DNA of 18,068 nucleotides from Candidatus Latescibacterota bacterium (GTDB taxonomy: Bacteria; Latescibacterota; UBA2968): assembly GCA_038279365.1 (NCBI GenBank), contig JAYODI010000005.1, positions 80,289 to 98,356 on the forward strand, in the 5' to 3' direction. This document shows, in pieces, positions 16,185 to 18,068 of the stretch. Each line of letters begins with the position of its first letter. The stretch's first letter is position 1. The notes beneath the pieces were generated by a model. That model searched no databases. It saw nothing but the letters and a program-made list of their open reading frames with translations, and had not been told where the DNA came from. Position numbers and translations under genes: made by a program.

Positions 16185-17639
16185 ATGCTATCCAGAATGA
16201 TTTCCCTCATACGCCACACCACCATCTATGGCACAGGTGACCTGCTCGGACGTGCCGTTGCCATTGTGCTTGTACCTATTTATGCACGCCATTTGTCGCT
16301 CACCGACAACGGCATTGTATCCCTGCTTTTTGCGGTGGTTGGCTTTGGGGCTGTTTTTTATTCATTGGGGTTAAATCCCGCACTCATTCGGGCCTTGTCG
16401 GGCAACAAAACCCCACTTGAGCAACAACAAGCATTTGGCTCTGCCTATTGGACACTTCTGAGCGTTGGGCTTTTTTTGTCTGCTCTGGTTTATCTCAATG
16501 CACAAACATTGGCCCAATACCTTCTATATGATGTCGCACATGCCCACATTTTTTATTATATCAGTGGGATCTTGTTGCTCGATGCACTTTCAGAGCCCTT
16601 TTTTACACTCTGCCGTGCACAAAAGCGCTCAACCCGCTACACCCTTGTGCGCTTGGCCCAATACACCCTCCAATTAAGCCTTACAGCCTATCTGATTGCC
16701 ATAAAAGGCCAAGGGGCAGAAGCCGTTTTTCAAGCCAATTTGATCAGTTCACTTTTTGCCTTTGTGGTCATCTTTCCAGTGGGTTTGCCCATACTGCGTT
16801 TTGTTTACCACCGTGCCACATTGCACCATTTACTGTCTTTTGGGTTGCCCTTTATCCCTTCGGCCCTATCTGTGCTCATCATCAACTTATCAGATCGTTT
16901 TTTAATACATTATATCTTAGGTGTCGAATCACTGGGTATTTATGGCATCACATATAAGTTGGGGTTGCCTGTTTTTTTTGCCATAAAAGCTTTTCGGGCG
17001 GCTTGGGCTCCAGCCGTTCTCGAATCTGAAGATGTAGACCAAACCAACCACATGACGGCGCGTATCACAACCTATTATACGGCTATTGGGTTGTTTTTAT
17101 GTCTTTTACTTACTGCTTATGCACACGAATGCATCACCCTAATTGCCGGTCAAAATGCGCCAGATTATCTCATTGGCAAAGCAGTGGTGCCCATTGTTGC
17201 ATTGGCTTTTTTTTGTTATGGGCTTTATGTTATACTCACCGCAGGGGTTTACATTCATGGCCGAGCCAGCGCATTGCCGGTCATCGTGGGTGCCGGAGCC
17301 ATACTCAACATTGTGCTCAACATCATTCTGCTGCCCCAATGGGGGTTTGTCGCTGCCGCCTGGAGCACATTGGCAGCCTATATCCTCATGACCATATTGT
17401 TATACGGTTTTGTACGTCAATTTCATCACGTGCCCTATGAATTTAGCCGATTAGGCAAAATTGCCATTGCAGGCATCATTGTTTATATTGCAATGTCAGA
17501 TGTTTTGCCAGATACATCCACACAAGGCACCATTGCCCGCAGTATTTTTCTTTTGGCATATCCACTTATATTGTGGGGGTGGCGTGTCATAGAACCCAAA
17601 GAACTCAAGCAACTTGCAACAGGGCTTTTAAAAGCGTAA
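16185..17639 (+). CDS. Wzx-like oligosaccharide flippase / polysaccharide export protein (MOP superfamily)
   Basis: About 14 hydrophobic segments; IYG.GD....AVAIVLVPIYARHLS, LLSFGLP, DRFLI, GIYG and NIVLNIILLPQWG..AAAWST motifs. Start is ATG 16185 or GTG 16173. Confidence 0.85.
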   Translation: MLSRMISLIRHTTIYGTGDLLGRAVAIVLVPIYARHLSLTDNGIVSLLFAVVGFGAVFYSLGLNPALIRALSGNKTPLEQQQAFGSAYWTLLSVGLFLSALVYLNAQTLAQYLLYDVAHAHIFYYISGILLLDALSEPFFTLCRAQKRSTRYTLVRLAQYTLQLSLTAYLIAIKGQGAEAVFQANLISSLFAFVVIFPVGLPILRFVYHRATLHHLLSFGLPFIPSALSVLIINLSDRFLIHYILGVESLGIYGITYKLGLPVFFAIKAFRAAWAPAVLESEDVDQTNHMTARITTYYTAIGLFLCLLLTAYAHECITLIAGQNAPDYLIGKAVVPIVALAFFCYGLYVILTAGVYIHGRASALPVIVGAGAILNIVLNIILLPQWGFVAAAWSTLAAYILMTILLYGFVRQFHHVPYEFSRLGKIAIAGIIVYIAMSDVLPDTSTQGTIARSIFLLAYPLILWGWRVIEPKELKQLATGLLKA

Positions 17640-17670
17640 CTTATCCGTCTGTTCATTAGGCGCCATCACA

Positions 17671-18042
17671 ATGGCGCGTCACCCAAATCGGAAGCTTATG
17701 CCGAACACATTTCAAAGAGTGCGACGTCAAACCTTTGGAAAGATACGCCGATTTTTTCTATTGCGTTTTCAAGAAAATTATGTCGAAAAACAAATGGAAT
17801 CCCGACAAGGGGAATGCAACCAGTGTGGCAATTGTTGCGAAATTCTATTCCGCTGTCCATTTCTCGTCAAAGTCGAAGACGGTTCATCGTTATGCAGCAT
17901 CTACGAAAACCGTCCCAAACAATGTGCGGCATTTCCCATAGATGAAAAATGTTTGTCCGAAGTAGACTTTGACTGCACCTATACATTTGACAACACACAA
18001 AAAATTGTTCAAATCGAACCTGCCCTGCACCAAGCCGATTGA
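17671..18042 (+). CDS. YkgJ-family CxxCxxCC cysteine-cluster (Zn/Fe-S) protein
   Basis: CNQCGNCC...CPFL...CSIYENRPKQCAAFP. The start may be ATG 17698. Confidence 0.8.
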   Translation: MARHPNRKLMPNTFQRVRRQTFGKIRRFFLLRFQENYVEKQMESRQGECNQCGNCCEILFRCPFLVKVEDGSSLCSIYENRPKQCAAFPIDEKCLSEVDFDCTYTFDNTQKIVQIEPALHQAD

Positions 18043-18068
18043 AAACAATTTGCCACACAAGGGGGTAG

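Overview
An 18 kb chromosomal segment from a diderm bacterium. The LptD C-terminus suggests an FCB-group-like organism, which is an inference. No mobile elements, CRISPR arrays or rRNA were found. The left arm (minus strand) runs lysA, a short GlpD-like oxidase, a structured intergenic region, an NRAMP-like transporter lacking the DPGN metal motif, an alpha/beta-hydrolase, and an Eis-like GNAT acetyltransferase that runs off the window and is missing from the ORF track. The middle (about 5.9-8.9 kb) is a compact signalling block. It holds a stand-alone cNMP-binding protein, tRNA-Leu(TAG) and an orphan cytoplasmic cNMP-PAS histidine kinase. Between them is a terminator-bounded unit with a consensus sigma54 promoter upstream of an unlisted 37-aa membrane microprotein and a 77-aa unknown protein, plus a near-consensus sigma70 promoter pointing antisense into the kinase. 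The right arm (plus strand) is housekeeping: lptD, dtd, maf, rodZ, priA, a Wzx-like flippase and a YkgJ-like Cys-cluster protein. Three intergenic spacers carry 7-bp tandem arrays of unrelated sequence that abut start codons lacking a Shine-Dalgarno (SD) motif. All calls are from manual motif reading; no database searches were run.
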